Source of the DNA: Deltaproteobacteria bacterium
Lineage (GTDB): Bacteria > Desulfobacterota > GWC2-55-46
NCBI GenBank assembly: GCA_016234955.1
Contig: JACRNN010000077.1
Coordinates: 1-41,028 of the forward strand
Direction: 5' to 3'
Length of the DNA: 41,028 bases
A program made the position numbers and the translations under genes. The stretch's first letter is position 1. The number at the start of each line of letters is the position of its first letter. Under the pieces are notes generated by a model that had not been told where the DNA came from, searched no databases, and was given only the letters and a program-made list of their open reading frames with translations. This document shows positions 32,781 through 41,028 of this stretch, in pieces.

Positions 32781-35483
32781 ATGGAGTGGTACCAGAAATC
32801 CGTCCACCAGGCCATCAAGGACCTCTCCGCGGACCCCGCGCGCGGCCTGACCGATGGCGAGGCGAGGGAGAGGCTCGGGAGATGGGGGACCAACACCCTG
32901 GCCGAGCCTGAGAAAGAGAGCTCCTTTATCAGGTTCCTAAAGCAGTTCGCCGAGTTCATTATAATCGTCCTCATAGGCGCGGCAATGATAGCCGGGGCGC
33001 TCGGCGAATGGGTCGACTCCATAGCCATCCTCTCCATAGTGCTCCTGAACGGCGTCATCGGCTTTATCCAGGAGAGAAAGGCCGAGCGCGTCATGGAGGC
33101 GCTCAAGAAACTCGCCACCCCCACGGCCAAGGTATTGAGGGACGGCGGATTGAGCTACGTCCCGTCCGCATCCCTTGTCCCCGGCGACACCGTCGTCCTT
33201 GAGGCCGGGGACTATGCGCCTGCGGACTGCCGCGTGATAGAGACGTCTTTTTTGAAGGTCGAAGAGGCCGCCCTGACGGGCGAATCCCAGGCCGTTGAGA
33301 AAGAGACCGGGGCCATTGAAAAGACCGTGCCGCTGGCCGACAGGACCAACATGGTCTACCTCGGCACTACAGCCGTTTACGGCAGGGGCAAGGCCGCAGT
33401 GGTCTCAACAGGCATGGCTACCGAGATGGGCAAGATCGCCCGGCTCCTGCAGGGGGTGAAGCAGGAGCCCACGCCGTTGCAGAAAAAACTCTCCGAGTTC
33501 AGCCGCCGCCTCGTCTACGCCGCCGGGGCGATATGCGCGCTGATATTCGTGCTCGGCATAATGCGGGGCGAAGGCGCCGTCGAGATGTTCCTCACCTCCG
33601 TCAGCCTCGCCGTGGCGGCCATACCGGAGGGCCTCCCGGCCGTCGTGACCATAACGCTCGCGCTCGGGGTGCAGAGGATGGTCAACAGGCACGCCATCAT
33701 TAAAAAGCTCCCGTCCGTGGAGACCCTCGGCTCAGCCACCGTAATAGCCTCGGACAAGACCGGCACCATCACCCAGAACCAGATGACCGTCAAGAAGATA
33801 TACCTCCCAGGCGGCGACGTCGTCTCCGTGACCGGCTCCGGGTACGCGCCGGAGGGGCGGTTCTACAGGGACTCTCAGGAGATAGACCCGGCCTTATACC
33901 CCGATCTCCTGCTCGCCATAAAGGCCGGCGTCCTGTGCAACGGGGCAGAGCTTAAAAAGACCGACAACGGATGGAGCGTTGTCGGGGACCCCACCGAAGG
34001 GGCGCTCCTGACCCTGGGGCTCAAGGCGGGGATGGAAAAGGGGGCCCTTGCCCACGCCCTCGGCTTTGCCGGCGAGGTCCCGTTCGACGCCTCAAGAAAG
34101 CTCATGACGATGGTCTACCGGGGTGATGGACTCCATTACGCGTTTGTCAAAGGGGCCGTTGAGCGCATCCTGCCGCTCTGTACCTCGATATTCGACGGAA
34201 AGGCGTCCAGGCCGATTGAAGAGGCCGACATGGAGCGGATAAGAAAGGCGGCGGACGGGCTCTCGACAGAGGCACTGAGGGTGTTGGCCCTTGCCTTCAG
34301 GGAATCTTCAGAAGAGTTGACCGTGGAGGACCCGGCCGGACTTGAAAAGGACCTGACCTTTATCGCCGTTGCGGGCATGTTGGACCCGCCGAGGGAGGAG
34401 ATATCTTCGGCGGTAAAGGTGGCCCGCTCCGCTGGGATAACCCCGATAATGATAACCGGGGACCACAAGCTTACGGCGGTTGCGATAGCGAGGGAGACGG
34501 ACATATTCAGGGACGGCGACATCGCCGTAACGGGCACGGAGCTTGACGCGATGGGCGCGGAGGAGTTCAGGGAAAAGCTCCCGAGGATAAAGATATACGC
34601 CAGGGTCAACCCCGAGCACAAGCTAAAGGTCGTGAAGGCATGGAAGGGGATCGGGGAGGTAATCTGCATGACGGGCGACGGGGTGAACGACGCCCCGGCC
34701 CTGAAGGAGGCCGACATCGGGGTGGCCATGGGCATAACCGGCACGGACGTCACCAAAGAGGCCTCCGACATGGTCTTGACGGACGATAACTTCGCCTCCA
34801 TAGTCTCGGCGGTGGAGGAGGGGCGCGGTATATTCGACAACATAAGGCGCGTCATCCACTTCCTGCTCTCCTGCAATATCGGCGAGATACTCGTCCTCCT
34901 TATAGCCTCCCTTGTGGGGATGCCTCTGCCGCTCCTCCCGGTCCAGATACTCTGGACGAACCTCGTCACGGACGGCCTGCCGGCCCTCGGACTTGCTATG
35001 GAGCGGGTAGACCCGACCGTCATGGAGCGGATGCCGAGGAAAAGGGACGAGGGGATTGTGACCGGAAGGCTCCTCGGCGTAATGACGCTCCAGGGCGTAT
35101 TCATCGCCTTATGCACCCTGTCGGTATTCGCCCTCGAGGTCTACTACTTCGGGGCGCCTCTTATGAAGGCGCAGACCATGGCCTTTACGGTGCTGGTCTT
35201 CTGCCAGAAGTTCCACGTCTTCAACTGCAGGAGCGTCTGGGAGTCCGTGTTCAAGATAGGCGTATTCTCCAACAACATGCTCAACTGGGCGGTGGCGACG
35301 ATACTCGCCACCCAGCTCATCGTCATCTACGTCCCGCCGCTCCAGCCGATATTCAAGGTCGCGCCCCTGGGCTGGTTCGACTGGGTGGTGGTGACGACGG
35401 CTTCCGTCCAGCCGCTTGTCATGATGGAGATAGTCAAGGCAGTACTATCAAAAAGGTGGATGGGACGGCAGGAGGGGGCATGA
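32781..35483 (+). CDS. Cation-transporting P-type ATPase, type IIA (SERCA/LMCA1-like, probably Ca2+)
   Basis: 900 aa with motifs TGES, PEGLP, DKTGTITQN, KGAVERI, MITGDHKLTA and TGDGVNDAPALK. An N-terminal Cation_ATPase_N region is present. Confidence 0.9.
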   Translation: MEWYQKSVHQAIKDLSADPARGLTDGEARERLGRWGTNTLAEPEKESSFIRFLKQFAEFIIIVLIGAAMIAGALGEWVDSIAILSIVLLNGVIGFIQERKAERVMEALKKLATPTAKVLRDGGLSYVPSASLVPGDTVVLEAGDYAPADCRVIETSFLKVEEAALTGESQAVEKETGAIEKTVPLADRTNMVYLGTTAVYGRGKAAVVSTGMATEMGKIARLLQGVKQEPTPLQKKLSEFSRRLVYAAGAICALIFVLGIMRGEGAVEMFLTSVSLAVAAIPEGLPAVVTITLALGVQRMVNRHAIIKKLPSVETLGSATVIASDKTGTITQNQMTVKKIYLPGGDVVSVTGSGYAPEGRFYRDSQEIDPALYPDLLLAIKAGVLCNGAELKKTDNGWSVVGDPTEGALLTLGLKAGMEKGALAHALGFAGEVPFDASRKLMTMVYRGDGLHYAFVKGAVERILPLCTSIFDGKASRPIEEADMERIRKAADGLSTEALRVLALAFRESSEELTVEDPAGLEKDLTFIAVAGMLDPPREEISSAVKVARSAGITPIMITGDHKLTAVAIARETDIFRDGDIAVTGTELDAMGAEEFREKLPRIKIYARVNPEHKLKVVKAWKGIGEVICMTGDGVNDAPALKEADIGVAMGITGTDVTKEASDMVLTDDNFASIVSAVEEGRGIFDNIRRVIHFLLSCNIGEILVLLIASLVGMPLPLLPVQILWTNLVTDGLPALGLAMERVDPTVMERMPRKRDEGIVTGRLLGVMTLQGVFIALCTLSVFALEVYYFGAPLMKAQTMAFTVLVFCQKFHVFNCRSVWESVFKIGVFSNNMLNWAVATILATQLIVIYVPPLQPIFKVAPLGWFDWVVVTTASVQPLVMMEIVKAVLSKRWMGRQEGA

Positions 35484-35523
35484 GGGGCCTCTCAGGGTTT
35501 AAAACCACGGCGGCCTTGGAACG

Positions 35524-36444
35524 CTAAAAATCCCTCGGCACCTTGAGCATCCGGTCGAGCGCGGCCTTTGCCCCGGCCCTTATATCCTCGTCCACGGAGA
35601 CCACGTTCTTCATCTCCCTCAGGCTCTCGGCCACGTCCTCGAGGGCCGTCAGCTTCATGTTCGGGCAGACGAGCGACCTGGACGGCAATATGAACTTCTT
35701 GTCCGGGTTATCCTTCTTAAGCCTGTAGAGTATGCCCATCTCCGTGCCGACGATTATCGTCTTTGCCGCGCTCGACTTCGCGTACTTGTACATGCCTGAG
35801 GTCGAGCATACGTGGTCGGCGAGCCTGACGACCGCGGGACTGCACTCCGGGTGGCAGACAAAGACCGCCCCGGGGTTCTCCGCCTTAGCCTTCAAGACCT
35901 CTTCCGTGGTAAGCTTCTCGTGCGTGGGGCAGAACCCGTCCCACCACTCCATCTTCTTCTTCGCTGAGAGGGACACGTAGTGGGATAGGTTCCTGTCCGG
36001 TATCATGTAGACCCTCTCTTCCGCGAGCGAGTTGACCACGCTCACGGCGTTGGCCGAGGTGCAGCATATATCGCTCAACGCCTTTACCGCGGCGCTCGTG
36101 TTGACGTACGCGACCACCGGGACCCCCGGCCTCTTCTCCTTTTCCCTTATCAGCTCCTCGGGGGTTATCATGTCCGCCATCGGGCACCCGGCGTCCATCC
36201 TGGGCAGTATCACGGTCTTTTGAGGGGAGAGTATCGCGGCGGACTCCGCCATGAAGCGCACACCGCAGAAGACTATGACCTTGGCGGCGGATTCTGAGGC
36301 GGCTTGGCTGAGCGCGAGCGAATCGCCGGTGATGTCAGCGGTCTCCTGCACCTCGTCCCTCTGGTAATTGTGCGCCAGCATTATGGCGTCCCGCTCCTTC
36401 AACAGGGCCCGCACCTCTTTTTTAAGGCTATCTTTATCCCTCAT
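35524..36444 (-). CDS. nadA: Quinolinate synthase
   Basis: 306 aa with motifs [36 protein letters not shown] and CPNMK typical of NadA. Confidence 0.92.
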   Translation of the reverse strand: MRDKDSLKKEVRALLKERDAIMLAHNYQRDEVQETADITGDSLALSQAASESAAKVIVFCGVRFMAESAAILSPQKTVILPRMDAGCPMADMITPEELIREKEKRPGVPVVAYVNTSAAVKALSDICCTSANAVSVVNSLAEERVYMIPDRNLSHYVSLSAKKKMEWWDGFCPTHEKLTTEEVLKAKAENPGAVFVCHPECSPAVVRLADHVCSTSGMYKYAKSSAAKTIIVGTEMGILYRLKKDNPDKKFILPSRSLVCPNMKLTALEDVAESLREMKNVVSVDEDIRAGAKAALDRMLKVPRDF

Positions 36445-36595
36445 ATCCGTCCCGTCCGGCCCCCCTCCCGAAAATATTCACGCAGGCATTGATTATATGA
36501 TAATATATAAGAAAATAAAATCGGTAAATGATGGCCGGGATCAAGGCGCGCTTAAAGCCCGGAATAAAATCCGATAGCAAGGGATCATATCAGAT

Positions 36596-37138
36596 ATGAC
36601 GCTCACAGCCACTGAGAAAAGGACCATACTGAGGCTTGCCAGGACCTCCATAGAGTCGCACCTGATAGGGACTCCCCCCTTCAGGATAGACCCTGAGAAG
36701 GGCGCCATGACCGAGGACTCCGGCGCGTTCGTGTCGCTCCACAGGGGTGGAAGGCTCAGGGGCTGCATAGGCACATTCGCCTCCCCCAACCCGCTCTACA
36801 AGACCGTGATGGACATGGCCGCGGCCGCGGCACAGAAGGACCCGAGGTTTCCGCCCGTCGCCCCTGAAGAGCTCAAGGAGATAAAGATAGAGGTGTCGGT
36901 CCTGACCCCGCTAAAGGAGATAACAGGCCCGGAGGAGATAGAGATAGGCAGGCACGGCATCTATATAGTCAAGGGTAGCGCCAGGGGGGTGCTACTGCCG
37001 CAGGTGGCCGTCGAGCACGGTTTCGACCGGTACGTATTCCTCGACCAGACATGCGTTAAGGCCGGGATCTCCCCGGGAGACTGGAAAGAGGGAGCCACGA
37101 TATTCACCTTCGAGGCCGAGATATTCAAGGAGGAGTGA
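36596..37138 (+). CDS. AMMECR1 domain protein (AmmeMemoRadiSam system protein A)
   Basis: 180 aa with the core motif GAFVSLHRGGRLRGCIGTF, plus DPRFPPV and LLPQVA. Confidence 0.88.
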   Translation: MTLTATEKRTILRLARTSIESHLIGTPPFRIDPEKGAMTEDSGAFVSLHRGGRLRGCIGTFASPNPLYKTVMDMAAAAAQKDPRFPPVAPEELKEIKIEVSVLTPLKEITGPEEIEIGRHGIYIVKGSARGVLLPQVAVEHGFDRYVFLDQTCVKAGISPGDWKEGATIFTFEAEIFKEE

Positions 37139-37146
37139 GGCGTTTC

Positions 37147-38343
37147 CTACCCAAGCTTTCCGGCCGTCTCCCTTATCCTCCTGACGCCCTCGACCACGTT
37201 CTTCATCGAGGTCGCGTATGAAAGCCTTATGTATCTGTCGTCCCCGAACGGCCCTCCGGGGACGACGGCAACGCCCGCCTCGTCGAGGAGACAGGCGGCA
37301 AAGTCCGCCGATCCCTTGACCTCGCGGCCCTTGAACCTCCCGCCAAGAAGCCCTGAAATGTTCGCGAATACATAGAACGCCCCGAGCGGCTTGAACGCGC
37401 TAATGCCCTCGATGGAGTTGAGCGCCTCCACCATGGCGTTGCGCCTCTTCTCGAACTCCTTGACCATGATCGCCAGGGAGTCCTGCGGGCCGCTTATAGC
37501 CTCCACTGCCGCCCACTGGCTTATCGACGCCGGGTTTGACGTGGACTGGCTCTGGATGGAGGTCATGGCCTTTACTATCTCCTTTGGCCCGGCGGCGTAT
37601 CCTATCCTCCAGCCGGTCATGGAGTACGTCTTTGATACTCCGTTGAGCACTACGCTACACCTCTTCGCCTCCTCGGACGTCGAGGCGATGGACGCGGAGT
37701 TGAACCCGTCGTAAGTCAGCTTCTCGTATATCTCATCCGATATTATCAGGACGTTATTCTCAAGCGCAACGTCCGCGAGCCCCTTCAACTCCTCGAACGT
37801 GTACGCGGCCCCGGTCGGGTTTGAAGGGCTGTTTATGACGACGGCCTTTGTGCGCGGGGTGATGCTCTCCCTGAACGCCTCAACGGACATCTTGAAGCCC
37901 GCTGACTCTTCCGTGGGTATTATCCTGGGCACGCCCTTGCCGAGGGCTACCATCACCGGGTACGAGAGCCAGTAGGGCGACGGGATGACGACCTCGTCGC
38001 CGGGGTCGAGTATGGCCTGGAAGAGGTTATATATGGAGTGCTTCCCCCCGCAGGATACGATTATCTCGTCCCTTGAGTACGCGAGGCTGTTGTCCCTCTT
38101 GAACTTGCCTATTACGGCGTCCTTGAGCTCGTTTATGCCGCCGACCGCTGTATATTTGGTCTGGCCGTCCCGTATCGCCTTTATGGCGGCGTTTTTTATG
38201 TTCTCGGGCGTGTCGAAGTCCGGCTCGCCCGCGCCGAGGCCGACGATGTCCCTGCCCTCGGCGGCCAGGGCCTTGGCCTTTGCGGTGATCGCGAGTGTGG
38301 CGGACTCCTCCAGCCCGGAGAGCCTGCCCGAAAGCCTGATCAT
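37147..38343 (-). CDS. aspC: Pyridoxal-phosphate-dependent aminotransferase class I (aspartate aminotransferase-like)
   Basis: 398 aa with GAGEPDFDTP and SPSNPTG. The PLP-lysine motif is SKTYSMTGWRIGY. Confidence 0.85.
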   Translation of the reverse strand: MIRLSGRLSGLEESATLAITAKAKALAAEGRDIVGLGAGEPDFDTPENIKNAAIKAIRDGQTKYTAVGGINELKDAVIGKFKRDNSLAYSRDEIIVSCGGKHSIYNLFQAILDPGDEVVIPSPYWLSYPVMVALGKGVPRIIPTEESAGFKMSVEAFRESITPRTKAVVINSPSNPTGAAYTFEELKGLADVALENNVLIISDEIYEKLTYDGFNSASIASTSEEAKRCSVVLNGVSKTYSMTGWRIGYAAGPKEIVKAMTSIQSQSTSNPASISQWAAVEAISGPQDSLAIMVKEFEKRRNAMVEALNSIEGISAFKPLGAFYVFANISGLLGGRFKGREVKGSADFAACLLDEAGVAVVPGGPFGDDRYIRLSYATSMKNVVEGVRRIRETAGKLG

Positions 38344-38370
38344 TGAAGATGCTCCTTGTCGGTCTTGGTT

Positions 38371-38469
38371 TTAACGTTCTTGAAACCCATGGCTCCCATG
38401 CTGACGCACTTCCTTAAAGCCATGATTGGCCGGGATGGCACATACTTCTTTTCCTGAAAGAACACGCAA
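38371..38469 (-). pseudogene. hicA: Truncated hicA toxin remnant (32 codons)
   Basis: My hand translation from the TTG at 38469, 2 nt after the hicB stop, is (M)RVLSGKEVCAIPANHGFKEVRQHGSHGFQER-stop. It matches the HicA/YcfA N-terminus up to the GSH motif and then stops. The aspC start lies only 27 nt further on, leaving no room for the rest. Confidence 0.6.
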
Positions 38470-38470
38470 T

Positions 38471-38686
38471 TTACCCAATCGCCACCTCAAGCTGGGTCAC
38501 GAAAACCTCATCATGAAGTCGCTGCTTTATCTCCTCAGGTGATGCGGTCTCGGAAAATAGCTCCAACGCTTCGCGCAGATTGTCCCTGGCGTGTTCGACG
38601 CTGTCCCCCTGACTTGCGATATCCAACTCCGGGCACAGTGACACATATCCGTCGCCCTCGCGCTCAATAATTGCTGTAAGTTTCAT
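38471..38686 (-). CDS. hicB: HicB-family antitoxin (UPF0150-type, single domain)
   Basis: 71 aa. MKLTAIIEREGDGYVSLCPELDIASQGDSVEHARDNLREALELF fits the HicB N-terminal fold consensus. An AGGAGG RBS is present. Confidence 0.8.
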   Translation of the reverse strand: MKLTAIIEREGDGYVSLCPELDIASQGDSVEHARDNLREALELFSETASPEEIKQRLHDEVFVTQLEVAIG

Positions 38687-38752
38687 GGATGACCTCCTAT
38701 CTCCCTACGTTCGTATCTCATTCGATAAAGGGAGGCGGGGCCGTAAACGAGC

Positions 38753-39256
38753 CTACCGCCCCTTGCCCCCTCCGTACTTCTCCTTGAGCCTCCCGGCCAC
38801 CCCTGGCGTGACAAACGCGCCGACGTCCCCGCCGAGCCTCGCTATCTCCTTTATGAACCTCGAGCTGACGGCGGCGTAGTTCTCGGCGGTCATCATGAAG
38901 ACCGTCTCGACGCCGGGGTCGAGCTTGCGGTTTATGAGCGCCATCTGGAACTCGTATTCGAAGTCAGAGATGACCCTCAGGCCCCGCAATACCGTCCGGG
39001 CCTTCTTCTTCCTCATATACTCTATCAGCAGTCCGTCGAAACTCTCGACACTTACGTTGCCGTACCCCTTTATCTCCTCCCCTATCGTCTCAAGGCGCTC
39101 TTCCACGTCAAAGAGCGGCGCCTTGGACTGGCTGACGGCGACGGCGACGATGAGCTGGTCGAAGAGGTTCAACCCCCTCTCTATTATGTCGAGATGGCCC
39201 CTTGTCATCGGGTCGAACGTCCCTGGATATACCCCTATGTGCTTAACTTTCGCCAT
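38753..39256 (-). CDS. coaD: Phosphopantetheine adenylyltransferase
   Basis: 167 aa with GVYPGTFDPMTRGHLDII, and ISDFEYE...N motifs further along. Confidence 0.95.
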   Translation of the reverse strand: MAKVKHIGVYPGTFDPMTRGHLDIIERGLNLFDQLIVAVAVSQSKAPLFDVEERLETIGEEIKGYGNVSVESFDGLLIEYMRKKKARTVLRGLRVISDFEYEFQMALINRKLDPGVETVFMMTAENYAAVSSRFIKEIARLGGDVGAFVTPGVAGRLKEKYGGGKGR

Positions 39257-39809
39257 CCTTCGCGCGCGGCCTCAGGAAATATACCAGAGTGTCGCCGTAC
39301 CTCCTCTCGTCCGTTATATCGAGGTTCTCAAGCGCCGCCTTCAACGGCGCCCTCCTGGAGGTCTCGGCCACCATCACGCCGGAGCTGTTTAAAAGCCCGG
39401 AGGCGTCCACGGCCTCTACAGTCTCATGGAAAAGGGATGTATCGTACGGAGGGTCTACTATAATGAGATCGTATCCAGGGCCCTTCCCTGAGAGATAGCG
39501 GATAGCGCTGAGGACGTCCTTTTTCAATATGACGGCGTTTTCAAGCCCGCAGGCCTCAAGGTTCTTTTTTATGATGGAGACGGCCTTCGAGTCCATATCG
39601 ACGAATACCGCTTCTTCGGCGCCCCTGCTGAGCGCCTCTATGCCCATCGCGCCGCTGCCGGCATAAAGGTCCATCACCCTTTTGAAAGGGAACTCCCTCG
39701 GGAGTATGTTGAAGACCGCCTCCCTGACCTTATCCGATGTCGGCCTTATGGAGAGCCCCGTGAAGCCGGCGAGCCTCCTGCCTTTGCACTTTCCGGCGAT
39801 TACCCTCAT
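39243..39809 (-). CDS. rsmD: 16S rRNA (guanine966-N2)-methyltransferase
   Basis: 188 aa with MRVIAGKCKGRRL, DLYAGSGAMGIEALSRGA and DPPY. It overlaps coaD by 14 nt, and rsmD-coaD is a conserved pair. Confidence 0.92.
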   Translation of the reverse strand: MRVIAGKCKGRRLAGFTGLSIRPTSDKVREAVFNILPREFPFKRVMDLYAGSGAMGIEALSRGAEEAVFVDMDSKAVSIIKKNLEACGLENAVILKKDVLSAIRYLSGKGPGYDLIIVDPPYDTSLFHETVEAVDASGLLNSSGVMVAETSRRAPLKAALENLDITDERRYGDTLVYFLRPRAKDGES

Positions 39810-39849
39810 TCCGGGATATCCACCCGCGGCGCGGCGCGGCCCCGCGTCG

Positions 39850-40302
39850 TCATTTCTTCCTGGCGCCGCGCGGCTCCCTCCCCGTCATCGCCCCGAAGAC
39901 CTTGATGGAGACGAGCCTGCTCCGCGGCCCGTCGAACTCGGAGAAGTAGACCGCCTGCCACTGGCCGAGGGCCGGCCTGCCCTTTGTCACCGGGACGATG
40001 ACGCTGCTCCCGACGAAAAGGGACTTGAGATGCGCGTCCGCGTTTCGCCCGTACTCCCCCTTGTTGTGCCGGTAGGTGGGCTTGTTCGGGACCATCTCGT
40101 CCAGGAATTTATGGAAGTCCTCCTCGAGGTCCTTATCCGGGTTATTGAAGTGCAGGCCCGCGGTGGTATGGCCCGTGGATACCAGCGCCATGCCTTCGCT
40201 TATGCCGCTTTCAAGGATGACGGCCTCCACCTGGTTGGTGATGTTCACCTCCTCGGTCTTCGCGCCTGTCTTTATCCTGATCGCGTTGGTAAAAACCTTC
40301 AT
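39850..40302 (-). CDS. yjbQ: YjbQ/UPF0047 family protein (secondary thiamine-phosphate synthase)
   Basis: 150 aa with motifs TGHTTAGL, NADAHLK and GQWQAVYF.EFDGPR. A GGAGGG RBS is present. Confidence 0.88.
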   Translation of the reverse strand: MKVFTNAIRIKTGAKTEEVNITNQVEAVILESGISEGMALVSTGHTTAGLHFNNPDKDLEEDFHKFLDEMVPNKPTYRHNKGEYGRNADAHLKSLFVGSSVIVPVTKGRPALGQWQAVYFSEFDGPRSRLVSIKVFGAMTGREPRGARKK

Positions 40303-40328
40303 TTACCCTCCTCGATAACCGGATTTTA

Positions 40329-40431
40329 TTTTTAGCGTCCTGACACCCCTTGGGTCTTTAAGGCCGGGGAGGTTTCATTTTTTTAGCGTTCTGATACCCC
40401 ACAGGCCTTTGAGCTTGGTGAGGTTTCATTT
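40329..40431. repeat. Family B tandem repeat, two units (52 and 51 bp), inverted relative to 14626-14768
   Basis: Unit 1 is TTTTTAGCGTCCTGACACCCCTTGGGTCTTTAAGGCCGGGGAGGTTTCATTT. Unit 2 is TTTTAGCGTTCTGATACCCCACAGGCCTTTGAGCTTGGTGAGGTTTCATTT. Confidence 0.8.
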
Positions 40432-40532
40432 CGATAGCGGGGCCGTATCGCCTGGACGGCTACAATTATACTTTTTTGCGGCGGATAATGCCATAACTTC
40501 CATGCCGGGCGGTCCGCGTTTTCGGCGGCCCG

Positions 40533-40784
40533 TCAGACCCTGAACCTGCCCTCCCTGGAGATGACGCCGCTTCTCCTGGCGTCATTGATGATCCTCCTGG
40601 CGTTCTCGACCTTGTCCTCCTCAACCGCTATCCTCTTCTCGAAGTACACATCGGGGTCGGCGGAGGGGTTGAACGTCCTGATGGAGCAACTTATGTCATA
40701 GTCCTCCAAAAGGGTCTCTATCACGTTCGCGTCGAACTCGTCGTAGAACGAATATATGTCTATGAAGTCTATCCTGCTGGCCAT
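40533..40784 (-). CDS. Hypothetical small acidic protein (possibly DUF2007-like)
   Basis: 83-aa ORF with an ATG start and coding-like composition. No motif was recognised with confidence. Confidence 0.4.
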   Translation of the reverse strand: MASRIDFIDIYSFYDEFDANVIETLLEDYDISCSIRTFNPSADPDVYFEKRIAVEEDKVENARRIINDARRSGVISREGRFRV

Positions 40785-40873
40785 CGGTTCACTGAGTATA
40801 TTGAAAAGCGATTATTTTGTCAACGGTTACATACGGGTGGTAATGTACCATATCTTGTGTCAGTAAAAGGAAA

Positions 40874-40919
40874 GGGGTATCTTTATAGCGGCTCGCAACC
40901 AACTATAAGGAGATACCCC
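40874..40919 (+). promoter_or_regulatory. Stem-loop sequestering a Shine-Dalgarno sequence upstream of a mini-ORF
   Basis: GGGGTATCTTTATAG pairs with CTATAAGGAGATACCCC: 9 perfect bp, 2 G-U pairs, a 2-nt bulge and 4 more bp. The AAGGAG SD lies in the 3' arm. The ATG is at 40921. Confidence 0.35.
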
Positions 40920-41028
40920 TATGGCCCAGAGAGCCACGATTGAGAATTTCTCACAAGCCGCGCGGATAGTCGAGGAGTTGAATATAAGCTGATGCGACGG
41001 ATGGTCTGGGGACGAGTGGAAGGAGGAA

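Noticed and set aside
36445-36595. An AT-rich near-palindrome (TGATTATATGATAATATATA) upstream of nadA, considered as a NAD regulator operator.
   Set aside because: It is not a true palindrome and matches no operator consensus I can recall with confidence. It is more simply explained as divergent promoter -10 regions.
40329-40431. Tandem repeats at 40329-40431 and 14626-14768 considered as a possible CRISPR array.
   Set aside because: The units abut directly with no unique spacers, there are only 2-3 units, the units are diverged, and no cas genes are present in the window.
40921-40992. Calling the 23-codon mini-ORF as a CDS feature.
   Set aside because: It is too short and unconserved to call from sequence alone. 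It is kept only as part of the regulatory hairpin finding.
1-41028. tRNA, rRNA, tmRNA or known riboswitch genes in the intergenic regions.
   Set aside because: None of the spacers shows a cloverleaf-compatible arrangement or a motif I recognise. This was a by-eye scan, so a tRNAscan-SE/Infernal run is still needed to exclude them formally.

Overview
GC-rich chromosomal window from a diderm, LPS-producing bacterium; I cannot assign the lineage from sequence alone. No rRNA, tRNA, CRISPR array, transposase or integrase was recognised by eye. From left to right the window contains the following. (1) The 3' part of a peptide/glutathione-type ABC importer operon: SBP fragment, two permeases and a fused double ATPase. 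A 343-bp repeat-filled spacer sits inside this operon. (2) A roughly 27-kb run of genes all on the minus strand, 32613 down to 5119. It starts with waaF-gmhB-waaC and continues through a lipid A remodelling module (PAP2 phosphatase, ArnT-like, ArnC-like, flippase-like, Trm112). A dense LPS core/outer glycan block follows: six GT9 heptosyltransferase paralogues in total, four GT4, a WaaE-like GT2, one CgeB-like protein, a WaaL-type ligase, a CE4 deacetylase, a SAM methyltransferase and the heptose kinase hldA. The run ends in the housekeeping string DUF4416-yicC-gmk-rpoZ. (3) The conserved gmk-rpoZ junction is split by a visibly AT-rich islet of about 2.3 kb carrying dcm, a restriction endonuclease and vsr. 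An 8-bp direct repeat brackets the islet. (4) A right-hand housekeeping block: Ca-type P-type ATPase, nadA, AMMECR1, aspC, coaD, rsmD, yjbQ. It includes a small hicB islet whose hicA partner is cut down to 32 codons. The signals not explained by genes are three families of interspersed or tandem intergenic repeats that recur at gene junctions. One of them is a roughly 118-bp double-hairpin element with a compensatory stem change. I see no clear new multi-gene defence system. The best candidates for novelty are the unassignable endonuclease in the islet, the six-GT9 glycan cluster with its lipid A remodelling module, and the repeat families. Many long ORFs in the supplied track are antisense shadows typical of GC-rich DNA and were not called.
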